Shown piece by piece: positions 29,087 through 39,520 of a DNA stretch of 64,000 nucleotides (the first letter of the stretch is position 1; every line of letters begins with the position of its first letter). The DNA is taken from positions 81,244 to 145,243 of the forward strand of contig JBJETW010000008.1 of assembly GCA_051883515.1 (NCBI GenBank), in the 5' to 3' direction. The position numbers and the translations under genes are program-made. Origin of the DNA: Candidatus Onthoplasma sp. (lineage in GTDB: Bacteria; Bacillota; Clostridia; Christensenellales; UBA1242). The notes below the pieces were generated by a model, which worked only from the letters and a program-made list of their open reading frames with translations, did no database searches and was not told where the DNA came from.

Positions 29087-30023
29087 AAGGGATTTTTCTA
29101 AATCAAGCAAAGAATATTTCAAAGAAAACAAAATTCCATTTATTGTTCTGACCGCTTTGATTGTTGTTGGAATTATAATTGCATCAATTTTTGGTTTCAA
29201 CGGAAATTTTGAAATGAAAGGGTACAATCAAATTGAAATTTCAGTTGCAGAAGATGATAATTATTCACTGATTTCAAAAACAGCAGGGCAAATTGTTAAT
29301 TCTTTTGGTGGAGATTTTGACTCAACACAAATTGCTGGGGTTGGTGATAACACTATAATAATTGTTAGATACATGAATGATTTGTCGGCTTTAGACCAGC
29401 AAAAAGTCAATGAAAAAATTTCAGATAGTTTATCAATTGAAATCACCAAAATTTCAGGACATAAACATGTTCAAAAAATTGTGCAAGCAAAAGATTATAT
29501 CTACACAATTGCGTCAATATTGATTATATCTCTTGTGGCAGTTATCTTTGCTTATGCAAGGTACAACGGGGCAAGTGGTTTGGCGTTATTGTTATCAAAT
29601 TTGCTTGGAACACTCGCATTTGTTAGTGTCAGCGCAATTTTACGACTTGAAATAGGATTAAGTTATTTTGCTATGTTGGTTGCATTAAATTTGATTATAA
29701 TCTATTTTGCAATCGAAATTTTCGAACACATGAAAAAGGAAAGTTGGCTGTCGGCAAAAGATTATGCAACCGCACTTGAATCAGCAATGAAGTCAACAAA
29801 ATTCAGATTTAGTTTCATAAGCATTGCTGTAATGCTGGTTGGTTTGTTGTTTGTTTTGTTTGCACCAACAACAATCAAATACACTGCTCTTAATATAATG
29901 TTTATTCCAGTTGTGTGCCTTGCAACTGTTTGGTATGTGCTTCCTTTTGTGTGGAATTTACTAATTCCTAAGTGTAGACAAAGATTGGTTAAAGTTAAAA
30001 CAGCAGACACGGGCAAAAAATAA
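29079..30023 (+). CDS. secF: Protein translocase subunit SecF
   Basis: AAAGGAGG SD selects the ATG at 29079 (8-nt overlap with secD). SecF-type TM core. Confidence 0.85.
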   Translation: MIKRDFSKSSKEYFKENKIPFIVLTALIVVGIIIASIFGFNGNFEMKGYNQIEISVAEDDNYSLISKTAGQIVNSFGGDFDSTQIAGVGDNTIIIVRYMNDLSALDQQKVNEKISDSLSIEITKISGHKHVQKIVQAKDYIYTIASILIISLVAVIFAYARYNGASGLALLLSNLLGTLAFVSVSAILRLEIGLSYFAMLVALNLIIIYFAIEIFEHMKKESWLSAKDYATALESAMKSTKFRFSFISIAVMLVGLLFVLFAPTTIKYTALNIMFIPVVCLATVWYVLPFVWNLLIPKCRQRLVKVKTADTGKK

Positions 30024-30026
30024 AAT

Positions 30027-30054
30027 AAAGCCTTTCAAATGAAAGGCTTTTTTA
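30027..30054 (+). terminator. Intrinsic terminator
   Basis: aaagcctttc-aaat-gaaaggcttt followed by a T-tract. Confidence 0.7.
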
Positions 30055-30086
30055 GAAAATCAAATTTGTGAGGATAAAAGACTCTT

Positions 30087-32477
30087 ATGAAATATTTATG
30101 TACAATGAAGCAAGACCTTAATGAGCAAAACATAAGCGAGATGTCAAAATTTTTCAATTTAGACAGTCATCTTGTTCGTCTTTTATATTCCAGAGGTGTT
30201 AACAATAAGGAGAAACTTAAAAAGTTTTTATATCCAAGTTTAAGTGATTTAAATGACCCATTTTTGTTTGAAGATATGCAAGAAGTTGTTAATTTAATTA
30301 ATGAACACATATCTAAAAACAGCAAAATATTAATTTTCGGTGACTATGATGTAGATGGTGTTAGTGCAAGTGCAATTTTGATTAAATATTTTGAATCTGT
30401 TGGGGCAAGAGTTAGCAATTTTATGCCAAACAGATACGAAGATGGATATGGTCTAACAATTCAAACTTTGGATAAATTATTTAATTCAAATAAACCAGAT
30501 TTAATTATAACCGTTGACTGTGGCATAACAGCAGTTGAAGAAGTTGATTATATAAAAAGTAAAGGTGTTGATATTGTCGTCACAGACCACCACGAAAGAG
30601 GAGAAACTCTTCCAAATTGCTTAATTATTAATCCAAAAATCAGCGAAAGATATCCTTTCCATGCATTGTGTGGAGCAGGAGTCGCTTTTAAACTTGTTCA
30701 AGCGTTGGGTGGTTTAAGTGTGGCAAGCGCATATCTTCCTATTTGTGCAATTGCAACCATCGCTGACATAGTTGAGATGTTTGATGAAAACAGAGCAATT
30801 GTGTATTTGGGATTGAAAGATTTAAAAAACGCACCAATTGGCGTAATAAAATTAATGAGAGAATGTGGTTTGAATCCAGACACCTGCAAGGCAAGTGATA
30901 TCGCTTTTAAACTTGCACCAAAAATTAATGCAAGCGGAAGAATGGGTTCAGCAGAGACCAGTTTGGAATTATATTTAGAGAGCAATCCTGTTCAAATTAA
31001 ACGACTTTGCAATGAGATTATCGAACTAAACAATAAAAGACAACAACTTTGTGATAAAGTGTATAATGATGTTAAATCTGAATTAAAAACAATTGACATT
31101 TTTAAATTGAGTGCGGTTGTGATGTCTAGTCCTGATTGGGATAGTGGAATATTGGGAATTGTGTCAGCGCGTATTGCAGAAGAATTTCACAGACCAACAT
31201 TTTTATTCAGTCAAGTTGGCGAAAATCTAATTGGTTCTTGCAGAAGCGTTAATGGAGTTAATGTTCACACACTTTTGAGTGGCATGTCAGACCTTTTGAC
31301 TAAATTTGGTGGGCACCCTATGGCAGCAGGTTTGACACTTAGAGTTGAGAATTATGACAAATTTGTAAAACTTACAAATCAATATGTTCAAGAAAATTTG
31401 AACAAAGCAGATTTCCTACCAACAAAATCTTACGATTTTATGATTGAACCAAATGAAATTACTCTAAAATTGGTTGAAGATATTGATAGGTTAGAACCTT
31501 GTGGACATATGAATCCAAGACCAATATTTAATTTTAAATTAAACAACGCAATCATTTCTTGCTTGCCAAAACACCCTCAACATCTTGTTTTAAATTATCC
31601 AAATTTTAGTTTGCTGGCATTTTCATCGAGCGATATGTACTATGTTTTAAGCGGAAACACTTGTTGCAATGTGCTGGCAGATTTGAATATTGACACATTT
31701 AAAAATTCAAAGAAAATCTCAGGAATTGTAAAGTCAATTGACTATGAGGATATTTATAGACCTGAAAATAATGATATAATTTTGGCAGAGTATATCAAAC
31801 AAATCAGTTATCCTATTGATGGAACTTATAGTTTTAATAATTATAACAGAGACCAACTTATTAGGTTGTTGGTTGACATGGACAAAACTGTTTATGGCAC
31901 TTTGATTGTTGCAAACGACTATAACACTTATTTAAATTTCAAAGCGATATATGATAGCAACAACATTTTCCGCACAAGAATTTTTGACATTAGAGACGAA
32001 ACAGGTTTAAACACGATTTTGTTGGCTCCAACAAACTTTAATTCTTTCAACACTTTTAGCAGAATCATTTTCTTAGACCCAGTTTTGAATATGGGATATT
32101 TGTCTGCTTTGCAAAAAGCGACAAAATCGACAATATATCTTCCACACATGATGGATGGGGTAAATGTAATCTTAAAAAACATCAATCTTTCAAGAGAAGT
32201 GTTTGGGAAATATTTTAGATTAATTCAATTTGCTTTTGAAAATAAAATCACTGGATATTACACATTCCATTTGTTTAAAAATATTTTAAGCAAACTGAAA
32301 GAGAAAACAGACTATTCATATTTACAATTCTTTGTTTGCTTGCAAGTGTTTAAAGAATTGGGAATTGTTAAAACTGATGAAAGTGATAGTTCAATTGTTG
32401 AAATCACAAATGTGAAAAATCCTTTAAATGCAAGTTCGTTCTATAATCGACTAAATGCCATGAAAAACAACAAATAA
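30087..32477 (+). CDS. recJ: Single-stranded-DNA-specific exonuclease RecJ
   Basis: DHH motifs (IFGDYDVDGVSA, TVDCG, VTDHH) and a DHHA1 domain (GGHPMAAG). Confidence 0.92.
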   Translation: MKYLCTMKQDLNEQNISEMSKFFNLDSHLVRLLYSRGVNNKEKLKKFLYPSLSDLNDPFLFEDMQEVVNLINEHISKNSKILIFGDYDVDGVSASAILIKYFESVGARVSNFMPNRYEDGYGLTIQTLDKLFNSNKPDLIITVDCGITAVEEVDYIKSKGVDIVVTDHHERGETLPNCLIINPKISERYPFHALCGAGVAFKLVQALGGLSVASAYLPICAIATIADIVEMFDENRAIVYLGLKDLKNAPIGVIKLMRECGLNPDTCKASDIAFKLAPKINASGRMGSAETSLELYLESNPVQIKRLCNEIIELNNKRQQLCDKVYNDVKSELKTIDIFKLSAVVMSSPDWDSGILGIVSARIAEEFHRPTFLFSQVGENLIGSCRSVNGVNVHTLLSGMSDLLTKFGGHPMAAGLTLRVENYDKFVKLTNQYVQENLNKADFLPTKSYDFMIEPNEITLKLVEDIDRLEPCGHMNPRPIFNFKLNNAIISCLPKHPQHLVLNYPNFSLLAFSSSDMYYVLSGNTCCNVLADLNIDTFKNSKKISGIVKSIDYEDIYRPENNDIILAEYIKQISYPIDGTYSFNNYNRDQLIRLLVDMDKTVYGTLIVANDYNTYLNFKAIYDSNNIFRTRIFDIRDETGLNTILLAPTNFNSFNTFSRIIFLDPVLNMGYLSALQKATKSTIYLPHMMDGVNVILKNINLSREVFGKYFRLIQFAFENKITGYYTFHLFKNILSKLKEKTDYSYLQFFVCLQVFKELGIVKTDESDSSIVEITNVKNPLNASSFYNRLNAMKNNK

Positions 32478-32488
32478 ATTTATTTACT

Positions 32489-32523
32489 GATACATACAAT
32501 ATGTTGTGTATGTATCTTTTTTT
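32489..32523 (+). terminator. Intrinsic terminator
   Basis: gatacataca ... tgtatgtatc stem followed by T7. Confidence 0.7.
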
Positions 32524-32634
32524 GTACTCATTTTTTATGGTTTTAACAATTGAGAAAATGAGCAAAATAAAAATCAATGGTCAATTTGTTTGATTTATAA
32601 AATATGATTTGATATAATAAAATTGGAGTTTTAA

Positions 32635-33321
32635 ATGTTATTTTCACTCTTTTTTAATAACAGCTTGACATTTGCTGAAATATTGTTGTATGTTGTGGTG
32701 ACAATAGTGGTTATCATGATTTCTTTGACAGTCCATGAATATGCACACGGATTTATGGCAGTTAAGATGGGTGATTCAACTCCAAAAGCAATGGGCAGAT
32801 TAACATTAAATCCACTTAGACACATTGATTTAATGGGAATGCTATCGTTCATTTTGTTTGGAATAGGTTGGGCAAAACCAATGCCTATCAATCCGTTAAA
32901 TTTCAAAAGATATAAAAAAGGAATGCGCTTAGTTTCACTTGCAGGAGTGCTATCAAATTTTCTTTTGGGTTTGCTCGCTGCAATAATATATGCCATTTTG
33001 CTTGCAACAGTCGGTTATTCAACAGGACCAATGATGTATGTATACATGATTTTGAGTTATTTTATGTTGATTAACAGTTGTTTAGTTTTATTCAACATTT
33101 TGCCAATTCCGCCATTTGATGGTTTTAATTTTTTGGCAACATTCTTCAAACAAGACAACAAATTTTTAAACTTTATGTATAGAAATGGAATGAAAATCTT
33201 TTGGGGCATAATCCTTGTTAGTTTAATTGTTGAAATATTTACTGGCGTGGATATTTTAAGCGTATATTTGTCGTTAATTAATGATTTTGTTTATGTTCCT
33301 ATTGAATTATTGGGGGTCTAA
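32635..33321 (+). CDS. Site-2 protease family (M50) zinc metalloprotease
   Basis: HEYAHG zinc motif in a TM helix, and LNPLRHIDLMG. Confidence 0.8.
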   Translation: MLFSLFFNNSLTFAEILLYVVVTIVVIMISLTVHEYAHGFMAVKMGDSTPKAMGRLTLNPLRHIDLMGMLSFILFGIGWAKPMPINPLNFKRYKKGMRLVSLAGVLSNFLLGLLAAIIYAILLATVGYSTGPMMYVYMILSYFMLINSCLVLFNILPIPPFDGFNFLATFFKQDNKFLNFMYRNGMKIFWGIILVSLIVEIFTGVDILSVYLSLINDFVYVPIELLGV

Positions 33322-34079
33322 TGGAAGAAAATTTAGAATTAGATGATGAATTAAGTTCAAAAATAAAGTTCAAACTTGAAGGATTTGAAGGGCCACTTGA
33401 CCTTTTGTTGCATTTAATCAAAGAGAAAAACGTTTCAATTCAAGAGGTTAAAATTTCTGAAATTACAGACCAATATTTAAAATACATGGAAAACATTAAC
33501 GAAATTGACATGGACCTTGCAACCGAATTTTTAGACATGACAAGCCGTTTATTGGAAATAAAATCGAAAGCATTGTTGCCAATTGAAACGATTGAGTGTG
33601 AAGAAGATGAAATTGATGATGAAACGCTCCTTAAAATGCAACTTGAAGAATATAAACTTTTTAAAGAAGCGGGACAAAATTTGCAAAATTATGAGAACGT
33701 TGACAGGTTTTATAAGCAACCAGACAAAAGTGCGGGCGATGTAAGAATAGTTTTCAATCAATTTAATTTGGAAAAATTGTATGATGCTTTTGCGTTTATA
33801 TTGATGCGCACAAAGGATAGAGATAATCCAGAAGAGAAAAAAATTAGTCGTGATAGATGGACTGTTGCTGAAAAAATTGCATTTTTAAATTCGGTTTTGA
33901 AAGAAAACAAGGAAATAAACTTTTTCAGTTTGTTTGACGAAACTTATTCAAAATTGGAAGTTATAACTGTCTTTATGGCAATTTTGGAACTTGTAAAATT
34001 TCAAAAAATTGAAGTCGTGCAAGCAGACAAATATGAAGATATAAAATTAAAAAGGAAGGAAAACACAAATGAATCTTAA
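33321..34079 (+). CDS. scpA: Segregation and condensation protein A
   Basis: FEGPLDLLLHLIKEKNVSIQEVKISEITDQYL. Confidence 0.9.
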   Translation: MEENLELDDELSSKIKFKLEGFEGPLDLLLHLIKEKNVSIQEVKISEITDQYLKYMENINEIDMDLATEFLDMTSRLLEIKSKALLPIETIECEEDEIDDETLLKMQLEEYKLFKEAGQNLQNYENVDRFYKQPDKSAGDVRIVFNQFNLEKLYDAFAFILMRTKDRDNPEEKKISRDRWTVAEKIAFLNSVLKENKEINFFSLFDETYSKLEVITVFMAILELVKFQKIEVVQADKYEDIKLKRKENTNES

Positions 34080-34710
34080 TGAAATTGCAAAAATAATTGA
34101 AGGAGTCCTTTTTGTTTCAGGTGAGGGCGTTGAAATTGATGAATTTAAGAACAAATATGAGATGAATGACAGGGAATTTAACAAATGCTTAGACATCTTA
34201 AAAGAACGTTTTAATGAACAAACTGGAATAAATATTATAAAATTTAAAAACAAAATTCAACTTTGTTCAAATCCTAACATTGCAAACGAAATTGCTGATA
34301 TTTTAAATCCAATCAGAGAAAGGTCTTTGACCAAAACCGCACTGGAAACAGTTGCAATAATCGCCTATAAGCAACCAATCACAAGGGTTGAAATTGAAGG
34401 GATAAGAGGGGCAAACAGTGACTATGCAATTCAACTTTTGCAGTCAAACAATTTGATTGAAGTCGTGGGAAGAAAAGATACTGTTGGAAAACCACTTTTG
34501 TTTGGGACAACTGATAACTTTTTGAAGAGATTTGGTCTTGAATCGCTTGATAAACTTCCAAATTACAATGAACTTTTGGATAGAATTCGCGTGATTCATA
34601 GCGAAGGTGATTCATTATATCGCGAATTTAAGATTCTTGAAGAAAGCGAAGAAGCAAACGTAGACGACGAAAAAAACATCGAAAATGACGATGAAAATCA
34701 AAGCAATTAA
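34069..34710 (+). CDS. scpB: Segregation and condensation protein B
   Basis: IEGVLFVSGEGV and GRKDTVGKPLLFGTTDNFLKRFGL. Confidence 0.9.
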   Translation: MNLNEIAKIIEGVLFVSGEGVEIDEFKNKYEMNDREFNKCLDILKERFNEQTGINIIKFKNKIQLCSNPNIANEIADILNPIRERSLTKTALETVAIIAYKQPITRVEIEGIRGANSDYAIQLLQSNNLIEVVGRKDTVGKPLLFGTTDNFLKRFGLESLDKLPNYNELLDRIRVIHSEGDSLYREFKILEESEEANVDDEKNIENDDENQSN

Positions 34711-34749
34711 TTTAAGAATAAAAATAAAACAAAATTAGATACTAGTTTT

Positions 34750-35337
34750 ATGGGGTATCTAATTTTTTTATTCATTTTAATATTATTGATTATTGTTGCA
34801 GTTTTTCCTTTTACTTTGAAATTTCAAATGCAAATTAATGTTTTGAGACTTAAAGGAAAAGTGGAATTTCAAATTTTAAAATTCATTAAATTTGACATTA
34901 AATTTAGAATTAAAAATGGATATGTATATCTTTATCACAATAACAAAGAGATTAAAGAAAAAATATCAACCAGCAACGCAAACATTTATTTTATGTTTGA
35001 AATGATAAATCAATCTTATTTTAGACAAGAACTTTTAAATTTCATTGTTAGTTCAAACTTTGGATATGTCAATGATTCATGCATAACTGCTGTTGGAGCA
35101 GGAACAATTCAATTGCTCGCTCAAGCAGTGATGGCAAAAATTAAAAACAACAAAAAAAGTGCACATATTTTTGTCAAAATTGAACCAAGATATAATGAAG
35201 ATATTTTCACATTAAAAATATATAATGAAATGCAAACAAGCGTATTTGACATGATTTATGCGTTTTTATATGCGAAATTTTATACATGGAGTTATTATGA
35301 AAGAAAAAGAAAATTTAACACAAAAGCAAGAAAGTAA
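34750..35337 (+). CDS. Hypothetical membrane-anchored protein, YtfI/DUF2953-like by position
   Basis: N-terminal TM helix. It lies immediately upstream of, and overlaps, ytfJ. The assignment is contextual. Confidence 0.45.
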   Translation: MGYLIFLFILILLIIVAVFPFTLKFQMQINVLRLKGKVEFQILKFIKFDIKFRIKNGYVYLYHNNKEIKEKISTSNANIYFMFEMINQSYFRQELLNFIVSSNFGYVNDSCITAVGAGTIQLLAQAVMAKIKNNKKSAHIFVKIEPRYNEDIFTLKIYNEMQTSVFDMIYAFLYAKFYTWSYYERKRKFNTKARK

Positions 35338-35695
35338 AATCGAAAGTTTAATTGGCACGTCTTTTGAAAAGATACGCAATATGATTGATGTTAATTGTGT
35401 TATTGGGAATGCGATAACAATGCCAAATAATAGCGTTGTAATTCCAATTTCCAAAGTTAGTATCGGGTTTGTTTCTGGCGGTGGAGAGTATAGCGACTTA
35501 AACGCAAAAAGGAATTCAGCAGACTTCCCAATGGCTGGAGGAACTGGCGGTGGTTTTACAGTATCACCAATAGGATTTTTTGTAGTCAATGAAGAAAAGT
35601 TTAAACTCATTCGCGCTGATAAATCGACAGCATATTTTGGACTCATTAAAAATGCAACAGACGTATTGAAAACATTCGTGGAGAAATTAAAATGA
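35297..35695 (+). CDS. ytfJ: Sporulation protein YtfJ (GerW family)
   Basis: VIPISKVSIGFVSGGGEY and MAGGTGGGFTVSPIGFFVV motifs. A GGAG SD selects the ATG at 35297. Confidence 0.8.
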   Translation: MKEKENLTQKQESKIESLIGTSFEKIRNMIDVNCVIGNAITMPNNSVVIPISKVSIGFVSGGGEYSDLNAKRNSADFPMAGGTGGGFTVSPIGFFVVNEEKFKLIRADKSTAYFGLIKNATDVLKTFVEKLK

Positions 35696-36834
35696 AGAAA
35701 AAATTATTTATATTTTTTGCTTTGATTGTCATGGTTTCTTGTTTATTTATGACACCAATCAAAGAAAAAACTGTATATGCGGTGGGTTCGTCAGCAAAAG
35801 CGATGTGCGTGATTGAAAAAGATAGTCAGAGAGTTATTTACTCGAAAAATCAGGACGAAAAATTGCCAATGGCTTCCACAACCAAAATTATGACGGCAAT
35901 AACAGTTATCCAAAATTGTCAAAATTTACAAGAATTGATTCAAGTTGATGATTCAGCAGTGGGTGTGAGCGGTACGTCAATATATCTAAGACAAGGTGAA
36001 GAGTTGACTGTTGAAGATTTATTGTATGGATTGATGCTTAGAAGTGGAAATGACGCTGCGGTTGCCCTTGCTTGTAACATTTCAGGAAGTGAAAAAGAAT
36101 TTGCAAATCTGATGAACAATATGGCTAAAAAAATTGGTGCAAAAAATTCTCATTTTTCAAATCCGCATGGTCTTGATAATCCGGAACATTACACCACAGC
36201 ATATGATTTAGCATTGATTACTAGTTATGCACTTAACAATCCAATTTTCAAAAAGATTGTGTCAACAAAAAGTCATGTGATTGAAGCAACCAACAAATCA
36301 GATAAAAGATATCTAACTAACAAAAATAAATTGCTTTCAAAACTTGAGAGTTGTTGTGGCGTTAAAACTGGTTTTACTTCAAAAGCAGGAAGATGCTTGG
36401 TGAGTGCCATTGAACAAAACGAAACAATTTATGTTTGTGTGGTTTTAAATTGCGGACCAATGTTTGAAGAAAGTTCAAATTTATTAACCAGCGCTAGCAA
36501 CGAATATAGAAACAGAAAGATAATAGACAAAAATAAAGAAATCTTTAATGAATATATCATTGATAACAATAACGGAAGATTATATTTATATGCGAATGAA
36601 GATTTTAGTTATCCATTAACTGATGCTGAAATGGATAAAATTAAACTTGAATATCATGTCAAATTGGACAACGCAGAAATAGGCGACGAAGTGGGAGAAA
36701 TAAAAGTTTTTTTCGATAATCACTTGATAAAAACAGTAAAATTGATTACAATGAATAAAATTGATAAATTAATTGATTCAAAGACATTAAATATCAGTGA
36801 AATTTTATGGGAAGAAACAAATGAGAATAAATAA
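35692..36834 (+). CDS. dacB: D-alanyl-D-alanine carboxypeptidase (PBP5/DacB-like)
   Basis: Signal peptide. SxxK (ASTTK), SxN (SGND) and KTG (KTGFT) motifs. Confidence 0.88.
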   Translation: MKKKLFIFFALIVMVSCLFMTPIKEKTVYAVGSSAKAMCVIEKDSQRVIYSKNQDEKLPMASTTKIMTAITVIQNCQNLQELIQVDDSAVGVSGTSIYLRQGEELTVEDLLYGLMLRSGNDAAVALACNISGSEKEFANLMNNMAKKIGAKNSHFSNPHGLDNPEHYTTAYDLALITSYALNNPIFKKIVSTKSHVIEATNKSDKRYLTNKNKLLSKLESCCGVKTGFTSKAGRCLVSAIEQNETIYVCVVLNCGPMFEESSNLLTSASNEYRNRKIIDKNKEIFNEYIIDNNNGRLYLYANEDFSYPLTDAEMDKIKLEYHVKLDNAEIGDEVGEIKVFFDNHLIKTVKLITMNKIDKLIDSKTLNISEILWEETNENK

Positions 36835-37537
36835 ATTTTTGGCTCAAGCGGGATTAGGGAGCAGAAGAAAAGTTGAAGAATTCATTTCAGATGGAAAAAT
36901 AAAAGTAAATGGGAAAATTACAACAGACTTATCAACAGACATCAAAGATTCTGATATTGTATATTTTAATAACCATGCAATCAAAACAAATCAAAAATTT
37001 GTTTATTATAAATTGCATAAACCAAAGGGATATGTGACAACTGTAAGCGACGACAAAAACAGAAAAACAGTGATGGATTTAATGCGTGGAGTTCACACAA
37101 GAGTTTATCCTGTTGGCAGATTAGACTACGATTCAGAAGGATTGTTATTGTTTACTAACGATGGAGAATTGACAAACATATTGACAAAACCAAACAGCGA
37201 GATAAAAAAGACTTATGTCGTTCATGTTGAAGGACAAGTCACAAATGAAGAAGCGAAAAAACTTTCTTCTGGAGTGATAATTGATGAATATAAAACAAAA
37301 CCATGCTCAATTCAAATTGTTGAATCAAATCCAGTTCAGACAAAATTGAAAGTGACAATATCTGAAGGGAAAAATCGTCAAATAAGAAAAATGTTTGCGT
37401 CAATTGATAAGAATGTCACTCTGTTAAGACGTGTTCAAATTGGAGACATAAGATTAGGTGGACTTTCTCGTGGAGAGTATACTGAGTTAAACAAACAAGA
37501 ATTAAATTATTTAAATAAATTAAAAAATAAAGATTAA
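36821..37537 (+). CDS. rluB: Pseudouridine synthase, RsuA/RluB family
   Basis: S4 domain MRINKFLAQAGLGSRRK and catalytic GRLDYDSEGLLLFTNDG. Confidence 0.88.
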   Translation: MRINKFLAQAGLGSRRKVEEFISDGKIKVNGKITTDLSTDIKDSDIVYFNNHAIKTNQKFVYYKLHKPKGYVTTVSDDKNRKTVMDLMRGVHTRVYPVGRLDYDSEGLLLFTNDGELTNILTKPNSEIKKTYVVHVEGQVTNEEAKKLSSGVIIDEYKTKPCSIQIVESNPVQTKLKVTISEGKNRQIRKMFASIDKNVTLLRRVQIGDIRLGGLSRGEYTELNKQELNYLNKLKNKD

Positions 37538-37540
37538 TTA

Positions 37541-37568
37541 AAAGACTTTCATCATGAAAGTTTTTTTA
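37541..37568 (+). terminator. Intrinsic terminator
   Basis: ctttca-tca-tgaaag followed by T7. Confidence 0.6.
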
Positions 37569-37662
37569 ATTAAATTATTGTAAAAAATTTAAGATTTTAA
37601 ATTTTAAAAAATCATTATTTAAACAATAAATAAATATTAAAAAATTTTTAATTTAAAAATAA

Positions 37663-37691
37663 TTGATAAATTTTATCATTAATGATATGAT
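37663..37691 (+). promoter_or_regulatory. SigA-type promoter placed for a leaderless mRNA
   Basis: TTGATA, 17 nt, TATGAT, then 6 nt and the ATG at 37698. No SD. Confidence 0.5.
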
Positions 37692-37697
37692 AGACTT

Positions 37698-38921
37698 ATG
37701 TTAGAATACGACGTGATAATAATCGGTGGTGGGGCATCAGGAATGATGTCATCAATTTTTTCCGCAAAAAACGGAAATAAGACGTTAGTGCTTGACCACA
37801 ATGAAAAACTTGGTAAAAAATTGTATATAACAGGAAAAGGAAAATGCAATTTAACAAACAATAGTTCAATTGAAACACATTTGGAAAATATTGTCACAAA
37901 CAGCAAGTTTATGTACACTGCATTGAACGCTTTTACACCGCAAGACACCATGCAATTTTTTGAAGAAAATGGCTTGAAACTTAGAACAGAAAGGGGCAAA
38001 AGAGTATTCCCTGAAAGCAACAAGTCTAGTGATGTTATCAAAACTCTTGAACGATTAATGCATCAATATGGGGTTAAAATTTCTCTTAATAATGAAATTG
38101 TTTCAGTGAAAAAGCAACAAAATAAATTCCATATAGTGTGTGACAATGGAATTGAGTACACTTCAAATAGTTTAATTGTTGCAACTGGCGGTTTATCATA
38201 TTCTGGAACAGGAGCGTCTGGTTTAGGTTATCAAATTGCAAAACAATTTAACCATAAAATTGTTGAACCAAAAAGTGCGCTTTGTCCTATAATTGTTAGC
38301 GAGAACATAAAAGAATTAAACGGATTAAGTTTAAGAAATATTGCTTTATCAATAACGCTAAACAAGAAAAAATATTCTGAATTTGGCGACCTTTTGTTTA
38401 CTTATAATTCTTTAACTGGTCCAACAGCGTTGAGTTTGTCTAGTCAAATAAACAAATTTGAACTCAGAGGAAAGAAAATCTATATTGATTTAAAACCAGC
38501 ATTGTCCAAAGAAAAATTGGAAGAAAAATTTAAGCGAGAATTTATTGAAAATGCAAAAAAAGATTTAAAAACATATCTTTTTTCGTTGCTACCAACAAAG
38601 TTAGTTGATTATTTTTTGACTCACACAAAATTGGTCAATAAAAAAATCGCAGAAATGACCAAAACTGACAGGGAAAATCTCATTAATTCACTAAAAGAAT
38701 TTGACTTTTCAGTCAATTCATTAGATAATATAAACGTTGGAATTGTGACAAGCGGTGGAGTTGATGTTAAAGAGATTAACTCAAAAAATTGCATGAGCAA
38801 GCTTGTCGAAAATTTATATTTTGTTGGCGAAGTGTTAGATGTTGACGCATTGACTGGCGGATTTAATCTTCAAATTGCATGGTCAACAGGATATGTCGCT
38901 GGAAACAGCATAAAAGGATAG
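37698..38921 (+). CDS. NAD(P)/FAD-dependent oxidoreductase, HI0933/YhiN (BaiN-like) family
   Basis: YDVIIIGGGASGMM dinucleotide motif and the C-terminal FVGEVLDVDALTGGFNLQIAWSTG. Confidence 0.85.
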   Translation: MLEYDVIIIGGGASGMMSSIFSAKNGNKTLVLDHNEKLGKKLYITGKGKCNLTNNSSIETHLENIVTNSKFMYTALNAFTPQDTMQFFEENGLKLRTERGKRVFPESNKSSDVIKTLERLMHQYGVKISLNNEIVSVKKQQNKFHIVCDNGIEYTSNSLIVATGGLSYSGTGASGLGYQIAKQFNHKIVEPKSALCPIIVSENIKELNGLSLRNIALSITLNKKKYSEFGDLLFTYNSLTGPTALSLSSQINKFELRGKKIYIDLKPALSKEKLEEKFKREFIENAKKDLKTYLFSLLPTKLVDYFLTHTKLVNKKIAEMTKTDRENLINSLKEFDFSVNSLDNINVGIVTSGGVDVKEINSKNCMSKLVENLYFVGEVLDVDALTGGFNLQIAWSTGYVAGNSIKG

Positions 38922-38923
38922 TT

Positions 38924-39520
38924 ATGTTTTTTTGGATTTGTTTTATACTTGCTTTTATTCCTTTAGTCTTAATTTTTCCAATAAAGAAAATTGGGAAAAA
39001 GAACTTAAAGCAATTGAAAGGGAAAAATTATATAATTTCTTGCAATCACACATCAAATTTAGACCCTGTTATGCTTGATATCACATTTAAAAAGAAACTT
39101 AGATTCCTTGCCAAAAAAGAACTTTTTGAAAAAAAATTTTCATCAGCTGTTTTAAAAAGTTATGGGGGCATTCCGGTTGATAGACAAAAAGCAGATTTAA
39201 CAGCAATTAAGGAAACAATGCGATTAATTAACGATAAAAAAACAGTCTGCATTTTCCCTCAAGGCACGCGTTCTAAAACAATAAAAGTTGAAGAAGGCTC
39301 GGCAAAAGAAGGTGTGGCAATGTTTTCAATCAGAACAAACACTCCAGTTGTGCCAATGATGTTTTCAAGTAAAATTAAGGCATTTAGAAAAACAAAATTG
39401 TACATTGGTGAACCAATTTATCCAGATATTAACAGACAGAAAGAAAAGGAATATGTTTCAGAATTTGCCAATCTCATCATTGACAAAATGAATTCACTAC
39501 TAGAAGGAGAAAAACAATGA
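38924..39520 (+). CDS. plsC: 1-acyl-sn-glycerol-3-phosphate acyltransferase
   Basis: NHTSNLDP (HxxxxD) and FPQGTRS motifs. The ATG at 38924 follows the upstream stop. Confidence 0.85.
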   Translation: MFFWICFILAFIPLVLIFPIKKIGKKNLKQLKGKNYIISCNHTSNLDPVMLDITFKKKLRFLAKKELFEKKFSSAVLKSYGGIPVDRQKADLTAIKETMRLINDKKTVCIFPQGTRSKTIKVEEGSAKEGVAMFSIRTNTPVVPMMFSSKIKAFRKTKLYIGEPIYPDINRQKEKEYVSEFANLIIDKMNSLLEGEKQ